Shown here: piece by piece, positions 8,963 to 18,833 of the stretch
Position numbering within the stretch: position 1 is the first letter of the stretch
Layout of the letters: each line of letters starts with the position of its first letter
Source: Candidatus Pacebacteria bacterium CG10_big_fil_rev_8_21_14_0_10_44_54
GTDB taxonomy: Bacteria; Patescibacteriota; Microgenomatia; UBA1400; PJMF01
Length of the DNA stretch: 64,000 nucleotides
Direction: 5' to 3'
Assembly: GCA_002772695.1 (NCBI GenBank)
Contig: PFDI01000001.1
Location: 33,253 to 97,252 of the forward strand
The notes under the pieces: model-generated
Database searches by the model: none
What the model was told of the DNA's origin: nothing
The model's input: the letters and a program-made list of their open reading frames with translations, nothing else
Translations under genes and position numbers: made by a program

Positions 8963-9409
8963 ATGCGCACACAGGCACTTTTTTTCAAAATGTACAAAAA
9001 TTTTACCACAGCTTTCGCCCTGTTCTTGATCAGTGTGCAGCCAGTCTTTGCCCAAACAGCTGCTTGGGGCGGCAAATGTGTGGATGGTGAACAAGATGAC
9101 GTCGCCACCATCCAAGGTCTTGAGTGTTTGTTTGCCAATGTATTTTTAGTCATTATTCCTCTCATTGGCCTGGCTGCGTTTGTCATGTTTCTGGTCGGAG
9201 CATTTCGCTGGCTCACCTCGGGCGGAGACACCAAACACACTGGTCAAGCCAAACAAACAATGACGTTTGCGGTGATCGGCATCGTAGTAGCACTCAGCGC
9301 TTTTATAATTTTAAACCTCATTGCCAATTTTACCGGTGTCGAGAAAATCAAAGAATTTAGGATTCCTCGCTCAAATGAGCCGCCCGAACAAACGCAATTT
9401 GTCGATTGA
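8963..9409 (+). CDS. T4SS-pilin-like protein, paralog P9, with a Cys-containing N-terminal segment
   Basis: Signal peptide, then AAWGGKCVDGEQDDVATIQGLEC, then loop motif FRWLTSGGDTKHTGQAKQTMT between helices. Confidence 0.5.
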   Translation: MRTQALFFKMYKNFTTAFALFLISVQPVFAQTAAWGGKCVDGEQDDVATIQGLECLFANVFLVIIPLIGLAAFVMFLVGAFRWLTSGGDTKHTGQAKQTMTFAVIGIVVALSAFIILNLIANFTGVEKIKEFRIPRSNEPPEQTQFVD

Positions 9410-9481
9410 GCTGGCATGTAGCTTGTAAATCATAGTAATCACCGAGAAGAGAATGTCTCTATATTCGGTTATACTAGTTGG

Positions 9482-12400
9482 GTGAGAATTTTTGCGAAAT
9501 TTATTGTGCCCCTTTGTCTGACGCTTGTTTTGGGCGCAGCACCTGCTTCTGTACAAGCTGTAGCTTGTGGGATAAATATTGACCCTACAAATCCTGCTGG
9601 ATATCCCAGCCCAAATGCTCTACCTGCTGGCAGTTGGGTACGACTTGAATACAAAGATTGTAGCACTCAAGAACCCGCAACTAACTCTGTTGAAATGTAC
9701 AAAGACGTGCTACAGACATATCGAAATGCCGGAATAAAAACCCTCGTCATTCTTGATTATCTCACCTATCCGGGAGCGGACAAAAATACACAAGCACTAG
9801 CAACACGAACAACATATATTAACGAAGAACTCGGTAGTCTAGTCGATGCCTACGAAATTTGGAATAAACCCGATATAGAACAGGGTGGCAATCTTGCGCC
9901 CAAAAATTTTGCAAAAATACTCGACGCAATCGTGCCAACCCTGAGTGGAAAAACGGTTGTTCTCGGTGGACTTGCATCGGGACAAACCAGCTACCTCGAT
10001 GAAACGCTGCGCGCTGTATCTGAGAACACACTGGGTGGAATTTCCGCCATAGGAATTCATCCTTATGCAAAGTCTGTCGATGGTTTTCCTGGACCAATGA
10101 CGGGAGATATGGGGTTTTTGCTGTCTCAATACAAGGCTTTATCTCAGGGAAAACCACTCTGGATAACCGAGATCGGTATCAACACCAAAAATGCTGAGCA
10201 AATAACCGGTTATCTAGATCGAGTGTTTGCTGCTGGTTATGGAGACCCTACTTTCTGGTTTGCGTGGAGTGATGGTATGGTACAGAATTTTGGCATTGTT
10301 GATGCAGATCAAAATCCAAAAGCTAACTTTTCAAACTACTTTCGGGCATGTGGCGCAGTCGCTCCCTCAGGAAAACAACAAACACTGCCAGCTATTACCC
10401 CAGTTGGAGGGCAAGGCTGTGGGGTAGCAATTTCAAAAAATAACTACAAAGATACCAAGTCAGATGATCCAAACCTATTTCACTTATCACCTTTTGATGG
10501 CTTGTATCCCGATCCAGGCACGCGCGACTATGATCAGTTGCGTCTCGATCTTGTTCAACAGGGCTACCAAGCATACTGTGCCATCCCAGATCAAGAAATT
10601 GTTGGTACCCTGAGTCCGGCAGAGATCGTCAAGTACTTTGTATCAAATGGGGGAGAAAAGGAACTTGAAATAAATCCCATTCTTACACTTGATTACTCGA
10701 AGGCACAAACACCTCTATTTCGCGACAGCGAAAGAAAATACCAAATAAAAAGTGACATAGAAGAATACTGGGTATATCAAGAATCAGAGGGAGATAGTTT
10801 CTCTCAGATCGAATTGCAGTCTGCTCCTATCGAATCAATTCTTTCAGAAGATCAGCGCTGTAGCCAAGGGGTAAAAAACTTGTACTCTCAAGATGATATG
10901 TGCTCAAAACTAACTGAGCCTAAAAGGTGTTCTCTCTATGCATCGCTTATCCCCAATACATCCCACACTGTTGAGAGTATTCTTGAAGAATATAAGTCTC
11001 ATGGGGGATCAAAAGAGAATGGACTTGAAGTATGCAAAAAACTGAGACTCGCAAATGAAAACACTCAGCGAAAACTTTTTTCTGACCTTACTCAAGTTCC
11101 TCTGAGCATTGATACGGGGTTTCGATTTGCTTTTTTGGTGCTCGCATTTCAAGAGCTGAAACCTGCCCCACTAGAGTTATTTCGCTTTTTTGGGCACGGT
11201 GCTCCACCCAGAGACGAAGTGCTGGTGATAGCGTTCAAAATTCCTGATATTATCACCAATAAACCTGAAGGAACTTCCTTCTCGGACTCAAACTCCTTTG
11301 CATATCCGGCCTTCTCTGATGGTGCGCTGCTCGCTAGAGATTCGCTGCTGAGCACCAAACAGCAAGCTGTGGCTCAAGAACAAAAAAAAGAACTCAAACA
11401 AGAGTTAACGACAACTATCGGGAGCGTTGCTGGTCAAAACAATGGTAGTCTCATTTACTGTCTTGATGGAACGCCGCCAAATGGCACTGGCAGTATCGCT
11501 TGCAATGATCAGCTGGTCAAAGCGCTTACAGATATCATCAACGCCCAACACGTCATCGACGATTCACAGCTTGTGTGTGTGGGTAAAGACGAAATTGATG
11601 CTTCATTTGTAATTGATGAACCAGCTGCTGCTCGTATACAGTCTCCTCCCGCTCTGTTTTCTGACCGTCTGGGGGCGCAAATCATTTCGCAGCTATTTTT
11701 AAGCCAAGCGAACACAGCTACCGACGCTCTTGCCAAAGAATTTTTTAGTTCTTTTTTGATAAATATTTCGACTACTGAGGGAGGAAACAAGCTGTCTGGC
11801 AACACAAAACTAAGAAGCTACATAGTCTACCCCGTTGGCTATGAACTTAAAGAAGTAGAAAATGTGCTTGCCAACAGTTTTTTGACCAAACAGCAAATCA
11901 CAGCATTGCAAAAAGATACAAACAACAACGAGCGTTTTGAAATGTACGGCGGCACTACAAAACTTACAGAAACTGAAGCTGGCTTTAGTGTTTTTTATCC
12001 CATAAACTGCATTCCCTCGATTGACTCTTGTTATAGAACTATCACGGGTGCTATCGACATGGGCGTTCTCAAGCCAATCCAGTTTCTTGGCGCCAAACTT
12101 GGCTACTATCTGCGCGCGGTACAGCGCACGCTTGCCAAAGAAGCTAGTTCTGTCCAAGCCTATCTCGCAAACTGCAAAACAACAGAGCAATTCCTGCTTG
12201 ATCGCTGTGCTAGCGTCCAACAAAAACCACCAAAGCAAGCACTGACATACTGCAGCATGAATGAGCTACCGATCACAAACGAGACTACCGAATCTTTCAA
12301 AATCTGTAAGGCAACCGAAAATTGGAGAGAATGCGAGCTTGTTGACGCAGGTAGCCCTACCTATTTTGTTGATGGTGGTTCAGACAACACACTCGAGTAT

Positions 12401-13789
12401 GTGGTACGCATCCTCGATGGCGCAACACTTGTTACCACCGGCAGTGTTGTGACAATGAATCCCGGCCAGGGCTATGATAAGGTTGAAGGCTCATACAAAC
12501 GCTGTGGAGTCGGCGATAGCGAAAGTGCCCCAGGCGAAGTGTGGTATTTGCCCCCAGGTACTCCCGCCGACGAGAGTATTGAGTCTTTTCGAACTTGGGC
12601 GAAGTATGGATCAAAGCTCATGCCGATTATCGGAAGCAACGCTTGGACAAATCTAACCGTCAGCTTGCGGGTGAAACCAGGCTACTACCACATTCCAAGC
12701 TGGACGTTTGGTTGCCTTAGTCGAGGTAAATGGTGGATTAACTCAAAGGGAGAGAAATCTGATGATGGTTTTACTCTTGGCAAGGGTATTATTCCTGTTG
12801 GAATCACTGCTTCCGGTAAACAATCCTACTGTGCGAAAGTCACGCTAAACTCAAATATGCCAGGAGGACCAAGTGACTCCGATGAAATCTTGCTGGACTC
12901 AAGCTACTCCTGCAGTATAGCTGATCCTGGTTATAACCTCACACTCAATAATAATTGTGGTGGACTCAATAGTAGTGGAGATGGACAGCTCTGGAGAGAC
13001 TTGTTTTCGGCGGATGACGAAAGGGGGACAAATAAACTCCCCGGGCTAGCCCTATATGAGAAAATTTTTGGAATAGCGTTCACTGTACCAAGCGATAATA
13101 TCGGCTGTGATCAGTTATTCCCCAACACTATCCGTGAAGTTGCTTGCGATGAGGTGAGTAATTCTGACGTGGGTAGTATTGCCAATTTTGGCAGTGATGT
13201 GTCGTTTGATATCGAGTACTGGAATCACAGTATGGTAACGTTCAAGCCGCCGTCTCAGGAAATTTGGAGTGCCATTCAAACTGCCTCTGCCAAGCATCGC
13301 TGCGATCCGTATCTAGTCTTGGCAGTGGCTCACTCTGAAAGTTCTCAGTATCGCAATGATACGGTCAGTTCAGCGGGAGCAAAAGGTGTCTGGCAATTTA
13401 CTGATGACACCTGGGACACGTGGAAAACTCCACACGCTGCAAGTGCAAATGAATGTCAGGCACACCAGCCACCAACCTTTTCTACCGAGGGTTTGGATTT
13501 TAGCTCTCCAACAAACATCCAGGCGGCCGCCGACTCAGCTTGTCGCAAAATTATGTGGATTGGTATGCAGCGGTATCCAGGTAATCTCAATAGCTTTGCA
13601 CGCGTCTTTGCGGTCAATGGTGATAACCCATATAGTCAGATTTGGAATGCGCACATCGAGCAAGGAAAGTACGTCTGGAGATTGTGGAAAAAACTGAGAG
13701 AGATCATTCCAGATGCCAAAACTCCTAGATCGCATCCTGCCAACTATCCTCAGGCAGGATGGGAAAGCTGTCCACAACGAAGAAATTAG
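9482..13789 (+). CDS. Giant secreted protein (1435 aa). N-terminal part is glycoside-hydrolase-like (TIM-barrel type). C-terminal part is a VirB1-like lytic transglycosylase (SLT) domain.
   Basis: Signal peptide MRIFAKFIVPLCLTLVLGAAPASVQA. GH-type nucleophile context GKPLWITEIGINTK near aa 225. C-terminal SLT signature CDPYLVLAVAHSESSQYRNDTVSSAGAKGVWQFTDDTW. Confidence 0.55.
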   Translation: MRIFAKFIVPLCLTLVLGAAPASVQAVACGINIDPTNPAGYPSPNALPAGSWVRLEYKDCSTQEPATNSVEMYKDVLQTYRNAGIKTLVILDYLTYPGADKNTQALATRTTYINEELGSLVDAYEIWNKPDIEQGGNLAPKNFAKILDAIVPTLSGKTVVLGGLASGQTSYLDETLRAVSENTLGGISAIGIHPYAKSVDGFPGPMTGDMGFLLSQYKALSQGKPLWITEIGINTKNAEQITGYLDRVFAAGYGDPTFWFAWSDGMVQNFGIVDADQNPKANFSNYFRACGAVAPSGKQQTLPAITPVGGQGCGVAISKNNYKDTKSDDPNLFHLSPFDGLYPDPGTRDYDQLRLDLVQQGYQAYCAIPDQEIVGTLSPAEIVKYFVSNGGEKELEINPILTLDYSKAQTPLFRDSERKYQIKSDIEEYWVYQESEGDSFSQIELQSAPIESILSEDQRCSQGVKNLYSQDDMCSKLTEPKRCSLYASLIPNTSHTVESILEEYKSHGGSKENGLEVCKKLRLANENTQRKLFSDLTQVPLSIDTGFRFAFLVLAFQELKPAPLELFRFFGHGAPPRDEVLVIAFKIPDIITNKPEGTSFSDSNSFAYPAFSDGALLARDSLLSTKQQAVAQEQKKELKQELTTTIGSVAGQNNGSLIYCLDGTPPNGTGSIACNDQLVKALTDIINAQHVIDDSQLVCVGKDEIDASFVIDEPAAARIQSPPALFSDRLGAQIISQLFLSQANTATDALAKEFFSSFLINISTTEGGNKLSGNTKLRSYIVYPVGYELKEVENVLANSFLTKQQITALQKDTNNNERFEMYGGTTKLTETEAGFSVFYPINCIPSIDSCYRTITGAIDMGVLKPIQFLGAKLGYYLRAVQRTLAKEASSVQAYLANCKTTEQFLLDRCASVQQKPPKQALTYCSMNELPITNETTESFKICKATENWRECELVDAGSPTYFVDGGSDNTLEYVVRILDGATLVTTGSVVTMNPGQGYDKVEGSYKRCGVGDSESAPGEVWYLPPGTPADESIESFRTWAKYGSKLMPIIGSNAWTNLTVSLRVKPGYYHIPSWTFGCLSRGKWWINSKGEKSDDGFTLGKGIIPVGITASGKQSYCAKVTLNSNMPGGPSDSDEILLDSSYSCSIADPGYNLTLNNNCGGLNSSGDGQLWRDLFSADDERGTNKLPGLALYEKIFGIAFTVPSDNIGCDQLFPNTIREVACDEVSNSDVGSIANFGSDVSFDIEYWNHSMVTFKPPSQEIWSAIQTASAKHRCDPYLVLAVAHSESSQYRNDTVSSAGAKGVWQFTDDTWDTWKTPHAASANECQAHQPPTFSTEGLDFSSPTNIQAAADSACRKIMWIGMQRYPGNLNSFARVFAVNGDNPYSQIWNAHIEQGKYVWRLWKKLREIIPDAKTPRSHPANYPQAGWESCPQRRN

Positions 13790-13807
13790 CTGAGCAACTT
13801 GATAAGC

Positions 13808-14671
13808 CTAGCCGCGTGCAATCGACATGCTCTTGGCTAATGATGCAGTCGAGTTGGTAAGGAGTTTCTTCTTGGTTGACGTTTCTTTTGTGGCCTCAGG
13901 CTGCGACTCTAGTTGTGACACAGTAGATTTTTGTTCAAAACCAACCCTGCGCGCGCCCTGACGCAATAATTGCCCCACTGTTTCAAACGTTTCGGCGCTA
14001 ACACTACGCGACGCCAAACCTCGTGTTGCCATCTCAATCCCATAAAGTAGTTGGGTGGCAGAATCTGCTGACAGTGAAAACCCAAGATCTGCAATAAGCC
14101 GGGCCACTTCCTGACTGACGCTCGCGGCGCTCCCGGTGTTTATACTCAGCGTAGCAAACGCTGGTTCATGCGTGGTGATCGAGATGATTGGCACCTTGGC
14201 ATAGACATCTTCGTAGCTCATGTAGAGTTGCTCGAGTTCAACTAGCTCTTTGACACCTACGGTAAAAATCAGGTCTGCCTCTGCCCCCGTATAGGAAAAC
14301 TCGACTGATTCGGGATCAAGTGGTCTCTCACCTTTTTGTGGTTTGATAGTGAGATAAAAACGACCTGTTTCTTCGCCAATATGATAATTGACATTGTCCA
14401 CCTGCTCCGGCTGATACGCAAAACTCAGCACCAAGTTTTGGTTACCAAGCTCGGTCAAAATAGTTGTATCAACAGACTCAGGATAGCGTGATTTTTCTGG
14501 TTGGCGCGGACTCAATAATCGCACTTCCTTTCCGGCGGCAGCCAGACTTGCTGCCAAAGCCTCGGCAGCGGCTCGCTTGTCTGGTGTGGCAGTGCTCGGG
14601 AAAATAACAAAAATGGAGTTGGCTTGTGCGACCAAATCGGTTAACTGAGTCAGCGTTGCAGCATCAATCAT
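13808..14671 (-). CDS. Hypothetical protein with a DHH-phosphoesterase-like layout but degenerate catalytic motifs
   Basis: N-terminus ANSIFVIFPSTATPDKRAAAEALAASLAAAGKEV parallels the NrnA-type I(V)IxxHxxPDGDAxGSxLAL segment, but the DHH / GGGH motifs are absent. Locally high GC content. Confidence 0.3.
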   Translation of the reverse strand: MIDAATLTQLTDLVAQANSIFVIFPSTATPDKRAAAEALAASLAAAGKEVRLLSPRQPEKSRYPESVDTTILTELGNQNLVLSFAYQPEQVDNVNYHIGEETGRFYLTIKPQKGERPLDPESVEFSYTGAEADLIFTVGVKELVELEQLYMSYEDVYAKVPIISITTHEPAFATLSINTGSAASVSQEVARLIADLGFSLSADSATQLLYGIEMATRGLASRSVSAETFETVGQLLRQGARRVGFEQKSTVSQLESQPEATKETSTKKKLLTNSTASLAKSMSIARG

Positions 14672-14698
14672 AACTATATCAGTGGTATACCATGTATT

Positions 14699-15211
14699 TC
14701 AGAGTGTATCAATGGGGAGGTGTCTACTAGCTGCTCGAACATACTTGAGAGAGAGCATGAGAACAGTTTTACTAATTAGCGATGGTAGAAAACCAAAATG
14801 TAGATAAAAAGCAGCAGCTTCCTTGTGTAGAGCATGAACTAAGATCGCTCGGACACCAATCTTTTCTGCAACCTGCAACGTTCGCAGAATAGCGTCCCGA
14901 AGTAATGCCCTACCAAGCCCTTTGCTTTGCCATACCTCTGCAACAGCCAGTCTGCCCAAAATTACCACTGGAATAGGATTGGGCATATTTCGCCTCACTC
15001 TACCTGGAGTCGCTTGAGCCATAACGGAGCCGCTAGCAAGTGAGTAGTAGGCAACTACCTTGTTCTCTGCCACAGCAACATAGGTGCGCGATGCTCCAGA
15101 AAGCTGGTTCTGCAGTGCTCTGCGCCGCAACCACTGATCCAACTCTAGATCGCCAGAGGAAAAATCGGATAAGTTGTATGATTTGATGAGTAGGGTTGGT
15201 CTCAATCCCAT
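14699..15211 (-). CDS. tacT: GNAT-family acetyltransferase toxin (TacT/AtaT-like). The ORF-track start at 15292 overlaps the antitoxin, so Met near 15211 is more likely.
   Basis: GNAT core VVILGRLAVAEVWQSKGLGRALLRDAILRTLQVAEKIGVRAILVHALHKEAAAFYLHFGF. Sits immediately downstream of, and slightly overlapping, the DUF1778 antitoxin. Confidence 0.6.
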   Translation of the reverse strand: MGLRPTLLIKSYNLSDFSSGDLELDQWLRRRALQNQLSGASRTYVAVAENKVVAYYSLASGSVMAQATPGRVRRNMPNPIPVVILGRLAVAEVWQSKGLGRALLRDAILRTLQVAEKIGVRAILVHALHKEAAAFYLHFGFLPSLISKTVLMLSLKYVRAASRHLPIDTL

Positions 15212-15486
15212 GGAGCTGGAGTAGCTAGCAATGTCTGAAGTGCTTTTGGATGACGGATAGGAGCATCGAGAATTGCGGCAAACTCCTCCCACTTTGTATC
15301 ATCTAACAAAAATAACTGCTGGTCGAGCAATGCGCTCTCGGCTTCTCGTGCAGCTACATCTAAAATAAATTCTGAGCGTGTTTTGCCCCGTACTCGAGCG
15401 GCCTGGTCAATCAAGTCTCGCTGGACTGGAGCTATACGAATATTGATGTGGATGCTTTTTGCAGTTGGTGTTTTCTGTGTTTGCAT
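15202..15486 (-). CDS. tacA: DUF1778 / TacA-family RHH antitoxin
   Basis: 94 aa. IRIAPVQRDLIDQAARVRGKTRSEFILDVAAREAE ribbon-helix-helix segment, typical of partners of GNAT toxins. Confidence 0.6.
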   Translation of the reverse strand: MQTQKTPTAKSIHINIRIAPVQRDLIDQAARVRGKTRSEFILDVAAREAESALLDQQLFLLDDTKWEEFAAILDAPIRHPKALQTLLATPAPWD

Positions 15487-15598
15487 GTTTATATCTTACA
15501 GAATAGTTGTGAGATGTCAACACATTGTGTGTACAAATAAAGATGAATGTACTTTTTATCTTGATATTTTGTGCATCCTGATGTACAATTAGTCAAAT

Positions 15599-16759
15599 AT
15601 GAAATATACTAGACACTTAGAAGCAAATCTGCTTTCTCATTTTTCCAACTACAAACAAGCAATCGTACTGCTTGGAGCACGCCAAACAGGTAAGACAACG
15701 TTGCTCAGGCGGCTGTTTCCAGATGCGCTCTACATCCTACTCGACAACGAGCAAACAAAAAATGTTCTTGAAACATATGACATCTCAACCTATAAGCAAG
15801 CTATTGGTCGCACCAAACAACTCATTATTGACGAACTTCACCTATTACATGACCCTGGGAGGGCCGTTAAAATCATCTACGATCAGGTCCCTGGTTTGCA
15901 ACTTATTGTCACCGGCTCATCCGCACTCCACATAAAAAACAACTCGACAGAAAGTATGGCGGGTCGAAAAATCGAATACAACTTATTTCCACTCACTTTT
16001 TCTGAGTATCTTGTGCAAAAAAATATAGAGACCGTCCTTAATCACTCTGTACTGACCAATGTACTAGAACAAACAACTCCTCCCAAGCATCTGTTCTCCC
16101 CATCAGGACTGCTCGAGCAGGTTCTACTTTACGGTTTGTATCCTGATGTGCTCAACCTACCAGAACCTCGACAATATCTACTCAATTTGGCTGAAAGCGC
16201 TATTTTTAAAGATATAGTCGAGCTAAACCTCATCGACAATCGCAGTAAAGCAAAATCGCTCCTTGAGCTACTCGCGTATCAGATCGGCAATCTTTGCAAC
16301 TACTCAGAGATCGGCGCCAGATTATCTCTAGATAGACGAACAGTAGAGCGATACATAGACATTTTTGAACAAAGTTTTATTGTATTTCGCATCTTTCCTT
16401 ATGCAAACAACAAAAGAAACGAAATAGGAAAAACGCCAAAAATTTACTTTCATGATTTGGGCCTGCGTAATGCTCTGATCGATAACTATGACTCCATCAC
16501 AGTGCGGTCGGATGCAGGCGCGCTGTTTGAAAATTTTATAATTGCGGAACTCAAAAAAAACATTTCTTATCAACAAAGTGATTTCTCACTCAATTACTGG
16601 CGGACAAATAATGGTGCTGAGGTAGATATTGTTCTCAGTAATAACCACACAGTTATTGGCGCAGAAGTTAAAATGCAGAGTGGTTCAGTTTCTACAGCAT
16701 TTACCAATCGCTATCCTGATGCAAAGACGCACGTTATAACCAGACATACTTTTTATTAG
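15599..16759 (+). CDS. AAA-family ATPase with C-terminal DUF4143 domain (COG1373-like)
   Basis: Walker A LLGARQTGKTTLL. Walker B-like LIIDELHLL. C-terminal DUF4143-like region (SEIGARLSLDRRTVERYIDIFEQSFIVFRIFPYANN...). Confidence 0.65.
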   Translation: MKYTRHLEANLLSHFSNYKQAIVLLGARQTGKTTLLRRLFPDALYILLDNEQTKNVLETYDISTYKQAIGRTKQLIIDELHLLHDPGRAVKIIYDQVPGLQLIVTGSSALHIKNNSTESMAGRKIEYNLFPLTFSEYLVQKNIETVLNHSVLTNVLEQTTPPKHLFSPSGLLEQVLLYGLYPDVLNLPEPRQYLLNLAESAIFKDIVELNLIDNRSKAKSLLELLAYQIGNLCNYSEIGARLSLDRRTVERYIDIFEQSFIVFRIFPYANNKRNEIGKTPKIYFHDLGLRNALIDNYDSITVRSDAGALFENFIIAELKKNISYQQSDFSLNYWRTNNGAEVDIVLSNNHTVIGAEVKMQSGSVSTAFTNRYPDAKTHVITRHTFY

Positions 16760-16815
16760 CAACGTATACAAATCCCCCGTTCTCTCCCCCCTCCCAATCC
16801 TGCTATAATACCGGA

Positions 16816-18573
16816 ATGCTCAAGCGGATTCTCACCACCGCCGTTTTGTTTTCGATGGTTTTTTTACCGAATGTTATTTATGCACAACAAGGCGAGTCAG
16901 CATCGCTAGATTACGCCCAATTTAGCACCGAAGAATTTGCCGCCTACAAAGAAGCCACCGAAAATTGTGATAGCCCGTCCCTCGAGTGTTTGACCAAAAA
17001 CACCACCCGCTTCGTCGCTATGGAGTGGATCCATGATATTTTGGGCCAGCCGACAAAAGATCAAGCAACAAGTGAGGTGAGTGCTAACTCACCAACAGAA
17101 ATGCTTGTCAATTCAAACACCGGCCTCATGGGCGGCATGACCAAACTCATCGCCGGTATGTACTCCTACCCACCCGCTCGGACCAGCCGCTTTGTGGCAG
17201 ACGTCGCCCAATCTGCTGGCGTAACTCCAGCTTATGCCCAAGGGCTCGGCTTTGCCGCTCTTGATCCGGTGCTTGATCTTTGGAAGAAGTTTCGCAACCT
17301 TGCCTACTTCTTTTTTATAATCATGTTTCTTGTCATCGGCTTTATGATTATGTTTCGCTCCAAGGTGGGCGGCCAAGCGGCCATCACTGCCCAACAAGCG
17401 ATTCCCTCTATCCTCATTAGCCTGATTCTCGTCACTTTTTCGTATGCGATCTCGGGGTTTCTTATTGACCTCATGTACTTAAGCATGTACCTCATCGTAG
17501 GATTGTTTGGTGAGCTCACTACTGATAGCGGAGCCTCGTCAAGCCTCATTAGTATGAATATCTTTCAACTTGGTGGACAACTTCTCAAAGAATCGGCAGG
17601 AAATTTGGGACAAACGACTGACATTGTAAACCAGGTAATCGTAGGACTTATTGGTACCAGCAATGCAGTCACGGGCTTAGTATCAATCATCTCTGGTCTC
17701 ACTTTGTCACTTGTCTTGGCGGTCGCAATAGTGATCGCCCTGTTTCGACTCTTTTTTGAACTACTCAAATCGTACGCCAGTATCGTGGTTGGTGTCGTCA
17801 CCGCTCCTATCTACCTGATGATGGGAGCTATTCCTGGCAAAAATGCCTTTGCTGGCTGGATTAAAAGCATGATTGGCAATCTAGCTGCCTTCCCCACCGT
17901 ACTTCTGGTTGTCGTGCTTTTTTATGAGTTTACCCAAGCTGGCAGTGCCGGCTCGAGTGTGCGCTCTGGTGGCTTCTTGCCGCCGTTTCTAATTGGTGGT
18001 GGCCAGTCGAGTGTGGCGAGTGCACTGCTTGGCTTTGCCCTGCTCCTTGCGCTGCCAGAAGTGGTGAAGAAAATCAAAGAAGCACTGGGTGCCAAAGCTG
18101 GGTTGGGTGAACAGATTGCTGGGTGGGCGGGTGGTAGAATGAAGGATGCTTGGAGTGGTAAATATGGTGCAAAATCAATAATGAGAGAGGGTGCAAAACT
18201 GCCAGTTCGTGGTGTAGGTGCTTACTATGGAGCAAAATTGGGCTCAAACTTTGCCGAAAAAGCAGGGCTTACAGGATGGAAGAGAAATTTGGCGACTATA
18301 GCTGGATCAGGAGTTGGCTTTCAAGCGGCGCCGTCTGTCCCGGGTTTTGCTATTAACACTTTAAAATCTACTGGAAACCAAGTTCGGGATGCCTATATTA
18401 AAGAACAGCTCGAAGATGTTAAAACTGCAATTGATAAGACTATTCGCAGAAAAGATGCAGACGCATATCGGGATGCTGCAGTTAAATCTCAAGACAATAT
18501 CAAACACCCAGAGTCATCCCAAGCAAAACAGGGTGATGGTATATCTTCTAAGCAAAGATCTACGTTTAGTTAA
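16816..18573 (+). CDS. VirB6/TrbL-like polytopic membrane protein
   Basis: Signal peptide, an extracytoplasmic segment of about 150 aa, then 5 or more long hydrophobic helices and a hydrophilic Gly/Lys-rich C-terminal tail. Located inside the T4SS locus. Confidence 0.45.
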   Translation: MLKRILTTAVLFSMVFLPNVIYAQQGESASLDYAQFSTEEFAAYKEATENCDSPSLECLTKNTTRFVAMEWIHDILGQPTKDQATSEVSANSPTEMLVNSNTGLMGGMTKLIAGMYSYPPARTSRFVADVAQSAGVTPAYAQGLGFAALDPVLDLWKKFRNLAYFFFIIMFLVIGFMIMFRSKVGGQAAITAQQAIPSILISLILVTFSYAISGFLIDLMYLSMYLIVGLFGELTTDSGASSSLISMNIFQLGGQLLKESAGNLGQTTDIVNQVIVGLIGTSNAVTGLVSIISGLTLSLVLAVAIVIALFRLFFELLKSYASIVVGVVTAPIYLMMGAIPGKNAFAGWIKSMIGNLAAFPTVLLVVVLFYEFTQAGSAGSSVRSGGFLPPFLIGGGQSSVASALLGFALLLALPEVVKKIKEALGAKAGLGEQIAGWAGGRMKDAWSGKYGAKSIMREGAKLPVRGVGAYYGAKLGSNFAEKAGLTGWKRNLATIAGSGVGFQAAPSVPGFAINTLKSTGNQVRDAYIKEQLEDVKTAIDKTIRRKDADAYRDAAVKSQDNIKHPESSQAKQGDGISSKQRSTFS

Positions 18574-18833
18574 TAACCAACCGAGAACGGAACAAAATGA
18601 AACTTTCTTCTCTATTGAAAAAATTTTTTTTAGGAAATCTGAATAGAAAACCAGCTTTCAAAAATCTGAGACAGAATTTATCAAAAAAACCACAAGAACC
18701 AAAAAAAAGTAGGGATTATTTATCAATTGGCCTAGGCATTGGCAAAAAATACAGAGATTTGTTTCAAACAAATTGATACAAAACTACTTATAGTCGAAAA
18801 TTTGTGTGAGTGTGGCTAAATTTAATACAAAAT

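Noticed and set aside
18574-18833. 260-bp convergent intergenic region with a GCCTAGGC palindrome; considered as a bidirectional terminator or small RNA
   Set aside because: The palindrome is only 8 bp, with no stable stem and no flanking T-tracts that fit. The region is simply AT-rich, and I cannot support a specific element.
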